DNA from: Octopus vulgaris | Taxonomy: Eukaryota | Reading direction: 5' to 3' | NCBI GenBank assembly: GCA_951406725.2 | Contig: OX597825.1 | Span: 64,604,001 to 64,668,000, forward strand | Length of the DNA: 64,000 bases | Shown: positions 52,029 to 64,000 of the stretch, piece after piece | How the letters are laid out: every line of letters starts with the position of its first letter | How positions within the stretch are numbered: the first letter of the stretch is position 1 | Notes under the pieces: model-generated | What the model was told of the DNA's origin: nothing | The model's database searches: none | What the model saw: the letters and a program-made list of their open reading frames with translations, nothing else | Program-made: the position numbers and the translations under genes

Positions 52029-54271
52029 ACAGGTGATCGAATAATGCTCATCATCAAAATTAACAGAACATTCATAACCTTATTATCTATGTTAGTACAG
52101 AGACGGTATTTCCATGTGACAATTTTTGCTTTAGTAAATCGCTTGGTATGGTGGTCTTGTTAGCTCTGGTAGTAATAACAGCTGCAACGGAATTTCTGGC
52201 TATTTCAGTATTGGTAGTAGCAGAGTGGTTGAGGTGGCGTTCATGTAGTAATTGGTTTTGATGTTTAAATCCAAATCAGTCCCGATCGTACATATCTATG
52301 ACGAAAACCTAAACTTCTCACACAGCTTTAACAGTGACCCTTAGATTTTGCCAACAAGCACATTTTCGCTGGCCCTTTCCCTACAATTCATCGTATCCAT
52401 CATATTTTTTAAAGGTACACTTAATATGAGACCAGTTCCAGGTATTAGTTTCATTATTAGTTTGACGCATGTAAATTCCTACTTACCGTAGGACCACCCT
52501 ATCATAAGCAAATACCGTTTGCCTAAGTGGTATATATTCGGTTTTGTTTGTTCATTCATATTTCGAAGTCGATTTTTATTGCTTTTGTTGCAATTGTAGC
52601 TATCAAACAGTTTCTTATAATTACATAAATAAACATTTCAAAGGTCGATATTCAAAATAAAAGTCAAATACCAGAAACGTCATAAAGATTCATCTATCGA
52701 CCCTACCGTCTGTTTTATCTTTAATCTCCATATATATATAATATTACCTTACCCTTTACTAGAAGGTGATAATGCCATATTGAAAAGCATTGATATCCGT
52801 CTTCCCTGCCACCAGGCTTGACATAACCTGAGCTACATTCTATGAAGTATTTTTCCGTAAAAAGAATTATGTCTCATTGTGGTGACAGGAGAATTGTCTG
52901 TTATCCCTAGCAAGCTGGGTGCTCATTTAGAATCTCAATCTTATAATGAAGGTGTGATGTTATAAGATGTGATCACTGCCGTTGTCGTTTCGATCCCAGA
53001 ACAACCATAAGTGAGTATTTTCGTAAACAAAGAAATTTTAGATGTAACACACCGACTTTGCATTCTGACACAGCATATCAAAGAATACAATGAACAATGT
53101 GTAGGTTCCTTTTATAAAACTATAAGTCGTATTATAAGTCAGGTTTCGCAGCACTTTCAACCGAAATGGCCTTTTTGTACTGTAACTGATAGAAGGTTCA
53201 CTCGAAATTGAACAAGATATACCATGATATCCGGTCGAGATGCCATGTGATATTCTGTACAGATGATAGTGTGTAGTATCCCATACCACACACAACACAC
53301 ACTATAAGAAGTTATCCATATTTACAACATTTATTTCGAAATATTTACCGAAGACAACCATCACCAGAAATTTTACGAATTTTACCAGGAATCTTTTTAT
53401 ATCTTCCTCTAAGTGTAGATGGAGGAGATCATACGATTGGTTAACCGGTGGGTGATTAATTAGTTAGCAATGTGCTGGTTTCATAATATATACAAAGGTT
53501 TGCCATAATTCAGCAAAGAAACAAAAAATGACGTGAGAAAGTGAGCGCAAGTGGAATGGTGACTGGAGTGGCGTTTTCTAGTCTTATAAATTCCTATTAG
53601 ATGCCTGTGTAGCAACTGTGGTAGAGTTGAGATAAATTAGTGAATCCTGATATATCTTTACGTGTGTAAAATATCTAGTTAAATGATTAAATGAGCTGTC
53701 ATGTTGTTTCGAGAAAGACTATTGTTGTAATGCCAGAGCATACCAGATTTAAATTAGACAAACGCAATCTATATCCAAAGTGCAATAGTAGATACAATCA
53801 GCACAGCTAGGAGAATACAGTTTTTGATGTTCGTTGTTCACTTCAGTAGATAGCGGTGTCCAAGTCTATTTTCACAGATTTAGTACGGTACATGTCGGCT
53901 ATGATGCCGAGAACTTCCTTTTTCTTCAATTTGCCTGATACGATGAATGTCGCCTTGAATTATACTGTACCTTAGGTCAACACGGTGCGGAATGTTAGTC
54001 AGTAAGATGTAGATTCTCTGCAATACACAAATAACATTTTTGAATGACTTGTAACAGTCATCGTCATCCACCATACTAGAGCATTTCATTGTCCCTGGAC
54101 AGGTGGACTGAGAACAGCAGGGTAACTGCATAGAATAGAGGCTGTTCGGGTGTATGATCTTTCTTGTGGTGCCGTGCGATGTTATAAGAGATATTGCTTA
54201 ACAAACATATGTATCTTCAAAAGCGTATGGTATTTATGTGCCCTTGCTAAATAGGGGCTAATGATAGATAC

Positions 54272-54422
54272 ACTCTTTTACTTGTTTCAGTTCTTTCAGT
54301 TTCCGTTTACCAAATCCACCACTCACAAGACTTTGGTCAGACCGAAGCTATAGTAGAAGACACTTGCCCAAGATGCTATGCAGTGGGACTGATCCCGGAA
54401 CCATGTGGTTGGGAAGCAAGCT
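54272..54422 (-). mobile_element. SINE family A, internally deleted
   Basis: Tail end cttttacttgtttcag joined directly to tctttcagtttccg. Confidence 0.85.
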
Positions 54423-54885
54423 GTTCGTGATTGCTGTAGGAGGCATCTAGATTGAATGGAGGATTGAACCGAGTTTATATCTTTTTAACAAACTCAGGGA
54501 ATAGGTTTAGTTGGGGCCATCCGTAGGCACAGATTTTTCATCAAATCACTCTTTCGAAGATATTTCAATACGGATTCCCAATCAAAATAAGAAAGACTAC
54601 TATTATATACTGTGTCAGAATTGTCACCTATTCAACAGCTGTTGGGGTGTCTGGCAATCAAAAGATAGTTGCCCCAACTACAGACCCCTATCATGTAAAC
54701 CAAACTAATTAATAGGAAAGAACTTTATAAATTATCCAATATTTTTTAATCTACTTTTCTACACGTGGATGCTTTGCAGCTTACATTCGCAACGTGTAAC
54801 TTTTCGAATATGCTTTTGCGTCTCTGAACCTCTAAGTAATGCAGTCACAAAACATTAATTCCAATATATAACCAGTACCATATAT

Positions 54886-55152
54886 GGAGGCACATGGCCT
54901 AGTTGTTAGAACAGCGGTCGCCGGACAGCGGGTTCGAATCTCAGACCTAAGATCCACGCAACTCCGGCAGAAAGTAATGGAGAAATTCTGCTAACTCTTT
55001 TGCCAGAACTTTCTTTCACTCTTTCCTCCTGCATCTTGCAGCTCCCCTGCGTCAGACCGGCGTGCCGTCCAGGTGGGGAACCTATACGCCAAGGAACCGG
55101 GAAACCGGCCCTTATGAGCCAGGCATGGCTTGAGAAGGAACAAACAAAAAAC
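54886..55152 (+). mobile_element. tRNA-headed SINE
   Basis: ggaggcacatggcctagttgttaga...ggttcgaatctc; tail gaaggaacaaacaa; homologous to 59158-59436. Confidence 0.85.
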
Positions 55153-55531
55153 AATGACCTTTTTTCTTTCTTTGCTGACCAACGTTTATCTATGGATATT
55201 TATCTATTTATCCACCCATCTCTCTGGCTACGCACCATGCGCGCATTTGAGTAAATGCATATACCTGCATGTGTGTGTGTGTGTGTGTGTGTGTGAGTGC
55301 GCGTGTCTATGTGTGATCGTTTCTGTTGTGTTGAATACCGGAAGGAAGACTTTTCAATGTCATAGAGATAATTAATGCTTGATTTTAGCACCAGGCAGGC
55401 AATTTTGAAGGAAAGTATTTAGTATTTAGTCGATGTCATCGATCCCGAAAAAGTAACAGGCAAAGATGGTCTCGGTAAGAATTAAACTCAGAACAACCGT
55501 TTATGTTGGATATGTATGTATATGTGTATGT

Positions 55532-55714
55532 AGGCGTAGGAATGGCTGTGTGGTAAGTAGTTTGCTTACGAGATAAGTTTGCTTACGAACCACATGGTTC
55601 CGGGTTCAGTCCCACTGCGTGGTACCTCGGGCAAGTGTCTTCTACTATAGCCTCGGGCCGACCAAAGCCTTGCGAGTGGATTTGGTAGACGAAAACTGAG
55701 AGAAGCCCGTCGTA

Positions 55715-55799
<85 letters not shown>

Positions 55800-55998
55800 T
55801 TGTGTGTCTGTGTTTGTCCACCCTACATCGATTGACAACCGTGTTTACGTCCCCGTAACTTAGCGGTTCGGCAAAAGAGACCGATAGAGTAAGTACTAGG
55901 CTTACAAAGAATAAGACCTGGGGTCGATTTGCTCGACGAAAGGAGGTGCTCCAGCATGGCCACAGTCAAATGACAGAAACAAGTAAAAGAGTAAAGAG
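55532..55998 (+). mobile_element. SINE family A, full length
   Basis: All modules; small duplication in the head; long (TA)n(TG)n inside. Confidence 0.92.
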
Positions 55999-56466
55999 GA
56001 TGCATGTATGTATGTATGTATGTATGTATCTAAGTATTGGGTTAGTGACTGACTGGATGTGTGACGTGCTTTACGCATTTATGCCAAGTATGAAATGGAA
56101 ATATATGAGACTCTATTCGTGTGTATAAATCTATTTCTCTCTCCACAGTTACTGCTACTACACACTTAGGACACGCAGATTACACATATGCACGAGCATA
56201 CACTCTATCACTAACACACACTTACACACACACCTACATATACACATACCATATTTTTCCGAGTCAGTCGAATGTGTGTGTGTGTGTGTCTGCGTGTTCG
56301 TAAATATATGTATACGTACGACTTAATCATTTTACTTTCTCAGCCTCTCTACTTTCATCGCTCAATCATTTTGTATTCGCCTACGATTTTCTTTTAATCT
56401 CTTTGATTTTTCCACAATCATATACACAAAAACAGACACTCTTACACGCTATAAGTACAACCAAAC

Positions 56467-56568
<102 letters not shown>

Positions 56569-56569
56569 A

Positions 56570-56745
56570 TATTTCGTCTGTCGTTACGTTCTGAGTTCAA
56601 ATTCCGCCGAGGTTGACTTTGCCTCTCATCCTTTCGGGGTCGATAAATTAAGTACCAGTTACGCACTGGGGTCGATGTAATCGACTTAATCCGTTTGTCT
56701 GTCCTTGTTTGTCCCCTCTGTGTTTAGCCCCTTGAAGGTAGTAAA
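56570..56745 (+). mobile_element. SINE family B, 5'-truncated
   Basis: Starts at tatttcgtctg; (TAAA)n tail. Confidence 0.9.
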
Positions 56746-56798
56746 TAAATAAATAAATAAATAAATAAATATCTATATATACATACACATAGATATAG

Positions 56799-56839
<41 letters not shown>

Positions 56840-57272
56840 GATATAGATATATGTATAAGTTCAAACATTTATCGAGAGAAACGCATGAATTTACACACTC
56901 ATATATATATATATATATATATATATACACTCATACCGACTCTACTTCTGCTTATATGAATCACAGTGGTAGCTTTTACATGGTCGTACACACTGTTAGA
57001 AATAGTGTTTATATTTCCTTCGGTTATTCAATTCTATCTAGAAACATGGAAGAATGTATTTGGTGATGTAGTCTTAGATAAACAATGCTTTCAGAACGAA
57101 AGAAAAACAGGTTGGTTTCATGTACTGGAGTTGCTTTATTGTAGGTGTTTAGGCAGTCACATTTGACCTAGGGTTACATGACAACGGTAAAACGTACACG
57201 CACATGCACGTGCTCATTTGTAGACAGTCAACGACACATACAATTATAAACACAAACGTACTATGCATCTTA

Positions 57273-57444
57273 AGGCGCAGGCGTAACTCTGTGGTAAGAA
57301 GCTTGCTTCCCAACAATATGATTCCGAGTTCAGTCCCACCGCGTGATACCCTGGGCAAATGTTTTCTGCTACAGCCTCGAGCCGACCAAAGCCTTTTGAA
57401 TGGATTTGGTAGACGGAAACTGAAAGAAGCTTATCCTCTATGTG

Positions 57445-57486
<42 letters not shown>

Positions 57487-57776
57487 TAATTATATATATA
57501 TATAAATATATATATATATATCTGTGTTTGCGTGTGTACATTTTTATGTGTGTGGCTGTGTCAGTCTTTGCCCCATCACCACTATTGCTTGACAACCGAT
57601 GTTGGTGCGTTTACGTCCCCGTCACTTAGCGGTTCGACAAAAAAAAACCCGATATAATAAGTACTAGGCTTCAAAAGAATAAGTCTTGGAGTCGATTTCT
57701 TCGACCGGAACGCTTTAAGGCAATGCTCCAGCATGGCCGCAATCAAATGACTGAAACAAGCAAAAGAATAAAAGAA
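57273..57776 (+). mobile_element. SINE family A, full length
   Basis: All modules present. Confidence 0.9.
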
Positions 57777-57990
57777 TTAGTTTAAATGTACATATATGCG
57801 TATAAACACACACGTTCGCATACACATACAGACACACTCATAAATCACACGTACTGGCACGCTCATACATGCGTGCACATACAAGCTCACACATAAACAC
57901 ACGCACGCACGCATGCACACACACACATGCACAGAAAATTTGTATACACACGCATGCATGCACATGAAAACGCTCACACATACACGCACG

Positions 57991-58230
57991 CATACGTATA
58001 CATGGTCTCGTAAATACGTAATTAAATAATGATGTTAAATGGGGCATAAATGTTTAACATACCTATTTCTTTACTACCCACAAGGGGCTAAACACAGAGG
58101 GGACAAACAGCATACGTATACATGGTCTCGTAAATACGTAATTAAATAATGATGTTAAATGGGGCATAAACGTTTAACATACCTATTTCTTTACTACCCA
58201 CAAGGGGCTAAACACAGAGGGGACAAACAG
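57991..58230. repeat. 120-bp direct tandem duplication (1 mismatch)
   Basis: 57991-58110 equals 58111-58230 except t58051/c58171; spans flank plus SINE-B tail. Confidence 0.95.
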
Positions 58231-58411
58231 GGACAAAGTATTAAGTCGATTACATCGACCCCAGTGCGTAACTGGTGCTTAATTTATCGACCCCGGAAGG
58301 ATGAAAGGCAAAGTCGACCTCGGCGGAATTTGAACTCACAACGTAGCGGCAGACGAAATACGGCTACGCATTTCGCCCAGCATGCTAACGATTCTGCCAG
58401 CTCGCCACCTT
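58184..58411 (-). mobile_element. SINE family B, full length with ~17-bp TSD
   Basis: taaacgtttaacatacc (58167-58183) and taaacatttaacatacc (58412-58428). Confidence 0.9.
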
Positions 58412-58539
58412 TAAACATTTAACATACCGTTATGTAAGCACACATACACTAACATCACATGTACCCACATTGTCAGTCTCCCTTGTAATTATGGTGATTT
58501 CACACTTTTCTCGTTACACTTTTTATAGCAACTATATGG

Positions 58540-58846
58540 TGAAAACGCATGGTTCAGTGGTTAGAGCACCGGGCTCACAATCATGGGGTAGCGAGTTCGA
58601 TTCCCGGACCGGGCTGTGTGTTGTGATCTTGAGCATGACATTTTATTTCACATTGCTCGTGACGCCACTGGCACCAAGGTGTATCGGCCTTCACCTTTCC
58701 CTTGGTTAACATCGGTGGCATGGAGAGAAAAGGCTGGTATGCATGGGCAACTGCCGGACTTCCATAAACAACCTTACCCAGACTTGTGCCACGGAGTGTA
58801 ACATTGTAGGGGCAATCCCATGGTCATTCATGACCGAGGGGCTCAT
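58540..58846 (+). mobile_element. tRNA-headed SINE
   Basis: gcatggttcagtggttagagc...gagttcgattccc. Confidence 0.8.
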
Positions 58847-59157
58847 TATATGTCTTTACGTACATTTTACTATCTGTCCTTATGTTTACACCCTCATATA
58901 TTGAAACATCATTAAAACTATAACATTTCTGTAATGCAGGCTGGGCCAAACCTGGGGCTTACAATTTCTAAGGTCAATTCCATAATGAACGCAACGATAT
59001 GGTTTCAATTCATACGCGTAGACCAATTTACCCCCTTCATATGGTACACCCTTGTGATACTGAAGTTGGTGGTGCATTTTGAATGTATACTTTTAGCAAA
59101 CATTTGGTATTCTGTCTCTGTCTCTCTCTATCTATCTCAACTCATATATAGATGTCT

Positions 59158-59436
59158 ATTGTTGTTTGTTCCTTCTTGAGTCACGCCTGGCTCACAGGGC
59201 GTATAGGTTTCCCACCTACACGGGACGCCGGTCCGTCGCAGGTGAGCTGCAAGATGTAGGAGGAAAGAGTGAGAGAAAGTTGTGGCGAAAGAGTCAGCAG
59301 AAGTTCGACATTACCTTCTGCCGGAACCGCGTGGAGCTTAGGTGTTTCGCTCATAAACCACACACCTCGCTCGGTCTGAGATTCGAACCCGCGAACCCTC
59401 GACCGCGAGCCCGCTGCTCTAATCACTAGGCCATGT
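59158..59436 (-). mobile_element. tRNA-headed SINE
   Basis: Reverse-complement homologue of 54886-55152. Confidence 0.85.
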
Positions 59437-59496
59437 GTCTATATACATACATATATACATACATATATATATATATATCTGTATACGCTCGAGAGA

Positions 59497-59632
59497 TTTC
59501 AGATTTTGGCATAAAGCCACAATTTCGGGGAATAAGTGTATATCATCGAACCCAATGTTCAACCCCGCAAAGAATGACATCAAGGTTGACCTCGGCGGCA
59601 TTTGAACTCGGAACGTAAAGACGGACACATGC
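59497..59632 (-). mobile_element. SINE family B, diverged
   Basis: gacctcggcggcatttgaactcggaacgtaaagacgg. Confidence 0.75.
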
Positions 59633-61882
59633 CACATGAGGTATGAAAATAAAATAATATTCCAACCATGACCAACCCACCTCTTTAGGGATTAGCATGA
59701 TGGCTACATAGTCGACCGCGTAGGTGTTTTTTTTTTCCGGTTAACCAAGACTGTAATCAGAAATTCGAGGATATATGGACGCTGTTGGTAGCAGGCTAAG
59801 CGAATATAAAGATTTTCCTTGTTTGGCTCTGAATCTGTGATATATCACTAAAGTACAGCAGCGGACATTTTGACGAAGGCCATTCAGATGGCCAATCAGT
59901 TAAATTTCCTCCCTATTAATTTAGTTACTGAGTATTCGATAGTCAAGTCGACTCTTAACGGAATTCTCATTTGGTTGTTATAGACTGGCTGTCCCGGTCT
60001 CCAAAGGCTCCGTACCTCTTTCCGCCTGTTGTGTGTAGTTGTGCGAGTGCATATGTGAGCCGTCAACTGCGCGTGTGTATGTGTGTGAGAGGGAGAGAGA
60101 CAGAGAGAGAGCGAAGAAGCAATAGAAAGAGAGAGAGAGAGAGAGAGAGTAAGCAATAGAAAGCGAGAGAGACAAAATGTTTGATTTCCATACATCACGA
60201 TTGAGTTCCTTTGCATTTAAAATTAAATGTTGACAGAATTACAAGTACACACGCACGCGCACACACACACACATACACACAACACACACAACTACATAAA
60301 AATACACACACACACATGCATACACACATATATATATGTATTTGGTAACCTTTCATTAGTTACAAAGAAAGTCGATGTTTCAAGAGATGTTTCAAGCCAG
60401 ATCAATAATAGACTTAATCGATCCCAATATATAATTATTGGACATAATCATGCTAAATTCCAGAAGGGTGAACGGCAAATTTCGTTCCGTCCCACTCCAG
60501 GTCTACCCTTCTAACATTTTAACAAGCTGTAATGCAAGGAACTTCATACAAATACGCATTTTGGCCGACAGTCTCTTGTTTTAGCCCGTTTCTAGCTACT
60601 TTGATGTATTGCATATGCACATAATCACGTGGGGAAAAACTAATTGATAATCCATATATATTGCATGTAGCGTGATCTTGGAGTGATATCCACTAGGAAG
60701 TCACAGAAGCTATTTTTCTTGTTTTATCCTCGAATCGGCCATGATGAATCAGATATTTGATCAAAGATTATCCGTGGCTATTCGTTCTCTTTTGTTTTGT
60801 TTTTGTTTTTTTGGGTTCTTTTTTTTTTTTGCATTATTATTATCATTGCTGTCTTGTCTGATGTATTCCAGACTAGTGGGTTCACAAAGTAACAAATACC
60901 AGCCATTCAAATGCGCAAAATTATTAAAGCAAACGACTGTCTCATTTTCCATCTTCCTAAAACAAAAATACAGTGTGCTTCCATAAAATTCATTCTCTAC
61001 CTTGTTGCTGGACAAGTTGGAAAACATTTAAAATTATCTTTATATTACTAAACTTATGGTTATTGCAACTGGCACCTTACATCTAGATATATGAGATACG
61101 CGTTCACGATATGATATTTTGTACCCAGTCTGATGATCGTGAATGTGAAATTGGAGAAACCAGGTGTGAGGTGCAGGTTACAAAAGCCATAAACAATTAT
61201 CTTCTGCTGTATTGAACACTGTTTGGAACTTCTCACCTGTGTTTATGTATACCACACACATCATTAAAGTTATTAGATCTCTTCTAAGTCCTCTCCCCAT
61301 TCAGAATTACACACGTGATTCCTGAAGATCCAAAGATTTTTAGTTTGATGATGCCTATCAAACTCCAACCACGGATTCATTTTTCGGGTAACAACTTTTG
61401 ATTAAGCAATTAGAATAAAGAAAGGGTATACAGAACAACATTAAGTTCTGTTTAAAAACGGAGCGAAACGAGAAACATTCATAAATCGATGGACCTCAGC
61501 TGATAAGCTAAGAGTAAGTACTTAAATACAATTTGGCTTCTACTTACAAATACAAACACAAACAAATACACACGTGCATTTAACAGAGAATAATAACACT
61601 CAGTCATGGATTGAGGACAAAGCAAGATATTATTGCCATTCCTTAAGAAAATAAATATCACATGACATCGGTATTCGTAGGTTATCCAAAAGTTCTACGC
61701 GGCAACTAGTAGATTTTGCGTACATATCACATCGCAAAGATAACAATTGCCCCATTGTAATTAATAACCACAGAGCAAGAAAAAAGGAAGATAATTTTTC
61801 ACTTCATGTAGGGTCAAGGTCTCTAGAAGATAGGTTATGCTACTGTCAGCAAGACATTTCCATTGTAATATTTATAGCGTCT

Positions 61883-62715
61883 AAAGTAGCGAGCTTGGCA
61901 GAAACGTTAGCACGCCGGGCGAAATGCTTAGCGTTATTTCGTCTGACGTTATGTTCTGAGTTCAAATTCCGCCGAGGTCGGCTTTACCTTTCATCCTTTC
62001 GGGGTAAATAAATTAAGTACCAGTTCCGTACTGAAGTCGATCTATTCGATTAGCCCCCTCCCACAAAAGTTTTGGGCCTTGTGCCTAGAATAGAAAAGAA
62101 ATATTAAGGCGACGAGCTGGCAGAAACGTTAGCGCGCCGGGCAAAATACTTAGCAGTATTTCGTCTGCCGTTACGGTCTACGTTCAAATTCCGCCGTGGT
62201 CGACTTTGCCTTTCATCCTTTCGGGGTCGATTAAAAAAGTACCAGTTACGCACTGAGGTCGATATGATCGACTTAATCCGTTTGTCTGTCCTTGTTTGTC
62301 CTCTCTGTGTTTAGCCCATTGTGGGTAGTAAAGAAACAGGTATATCGTCTGCCGTTACGTTCTGGGTTCAAATTCCGCCGAGGTCGACTTTGCCTTTCGG
62401 AGTCGATAAATTAAGCGCCAATTACACACTGGGGTCGATGTAATCGACTTAATCTCCTTGTCTATCCTTGTTTGTACACTCTATGTTTAGCCCCTTGTGG
62501 GCAATATAGAAATAAGAAATGTTACCACGCCGGGCGAAATTCTTAGCGGTATTTCGTCTGTCTTTACATTCTGAATTCAAATTCCGCCGAGGTCGACTTT
62601 GCCTTTCATCCTTCCGGGGCAAATAAATTAAGTACCAGTTCCGTACTGAAGTCGATCTAATCGACTGGCCCCCTACCCCAAAATTTTGGATCTTGTGCCT
62701 AGAGCAGAAAAGATT
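61883..62715 (+). mobile_element. Four tandem SINE-B units
   Basis: Units start near 61883, 62106, 62339 and 62526; two tail types. Confidence 0.9.
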
Positions 62716-63013
62716 ATTTATTAACACCACTTCCTTACTTACTGAGAACACAAACTCATACACACACATTCACTTGCTCTTTTAATCTTAGATTTATTAT
62801 CAGATTACCCTACATGTTGTTGACCTACATTAGAGTTATTAAAGTATTGTATTGTCAAGGGCGTGGATTGACAGAATTACTACAGCGTCATAAAAAAAAT
62901 GTACTTTGCGGTATTTATTCTGTTTCATCGCACTGTGAGTTCAAATACCACTAAAATTAAATTTACCGCCAACTCTTTCAATGTCGATGAAGTACTGTAT
63001 TTGTATTAATCGA

Positions 63014-63242
63014 TTAACCCTTTCATTACTGTATTTATTTTGAGATGCTCTGTGTTTCTTTCAATTACTTTAAATATAACAAAGAATTTAGCAAAATTAC
63101 TAAGTTATCATTCAGCTAGTGTTAGGAGCATAAATTGTGACTAAGGTTTGGCGGAAGACTTTAATTCAAAACTTATGAAAACAAGACATTTGTACTACAG
63201 AGCCAGAGCAGGTTTTAGCCTGGTTGGTAACGAATGGGAAAA
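63014..63242. mobile_element. piggyBac-like MITE
   Basis: TTAA-CCCTTTCATTAC ... GTAACGAATGGG-AAAA: imperfect TIRs, degenerate right TSD. Confidence 0.55.
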
Positions 63243-63649
63243 CTCTTCCTCTTAACGTTACAGTAATTGTGCCTTAATCAAAAATATAGTTATGTTAAAG
63301 ATTCCCTCCTAAGAAATTTTTAGAGTGACGAACATGGTTCAAGTGAATGGGTTTACTCTGAGCTTGTGTCTGTAAGTTTGGCGGAGGACAACTGGGAGCC
63401 CGCCCTTGTATAAGATATCCGTGAGATCATGCCTTCTGTTGTTTCTACGAGTAGCACACGGAGGTTTTCTAGTTTCAGGTGAATTATGCCTTGTTTGAAT
63501 TTTACTCTTTGCGCCTTTCTTTTCGTTATTTGCCTTTTTATACACTCTTTTATGTAATCCCATAATTTATCGTCCCGTACCGTGCCCAGTATTTTTGTCA
63601 ACCATTAGTGGTTATCCTCCTCCTTACTACTAAGACTACTTAAGGCAAT

Positions 63650-63990
63650 GTGTTAGCAGCATCGTTAAGTCTAGCAGTGTTGCTTCGGATTCTTACGTTC
63701 GGTGTCCAAAACTCGCCGAGGTCACTTAGCCTTTCATCCCCTCGGAATCGATTAAATAAAGTACCAGTCAAACGAGGAGAAATATAACAACGACTAACCT
63801 CTTAACCTCAGAACTATTGGTCTTGTACGCCAATTAAACCATCATTATTGTCATCATTACTATTAAGGTGATGAGATAGCAGAATTGCCATCGAGCCGGA
63901 CACCAGTTAATCACTAGTGTCGATGATATTGACTACGCATTCCCTCAAAATTTTAGATCTTGTGCTTGTAGTAGAAACGGTTATTGTTAT
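63650..63990 (+). mobile_element. Degraded SINE-B units
   Basis: cgccgaggtcacttagcctttcatcccctcggaatcgattaaataaagtaccag. Confidence 0.7.
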
Positions 63991-64000
63991 TATTATTAGT

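Noticed and set aside
53640-54131. Possible LINE RT remnant (IIADMY)
   Set aside because: Single weak motif; QG/YADD boxes not found.
61130-61170. CTGATGA...GAAACCAGGTG hammerhead-like string
   Set aside because: Stem II only 2 bp, no stem I, G at the cleavage position.
63353-63601. 82-aa ORF with LWDYIKECIK, reminiscent of a LINE ORF2 linker
   Set aside because: Too short, with no diagnostic EN/RT motif; cannot be supported without a search.

Overview
AT-rich eukaryotic DNA dominated by microsatellites and interspersed repeats. The SINE repertoire and (TA)n/(CA)n density resemble an octopus (coleoid cephalopod) genome; this is my recollection, not a database result. Almost all ORFs in the track are microsatellite or SINE read-throughs. 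Supportable content: (1) two abundant tRNA-headed SINE families (called A and B here), a set of other tRNA-headed SINEs and a dispersed family D; (2) a decayed Chapaev3-type (CMC) DNA transposon with a readable transposase remnant, plus Helitron-like and piggyBac-like non-autonomous elements and a possible decayed Gypsy pol; (3) short modules inserted in (TA)n tracts with an 'inverted copy + direct copy + 3' extension' layout, several carrying minimal type-I hammerhead ribozyme motifs, as expected for Penelope-like retroelement (PLE) pseudo-LTRs; (4) one candidate signal-peptide first coding exon (23921-24008, CAG|GTAAGT donor) inside a ~9.7 kb region nearly free of SINEs. If that exon is real, the rest of the window is probably a long first intron.
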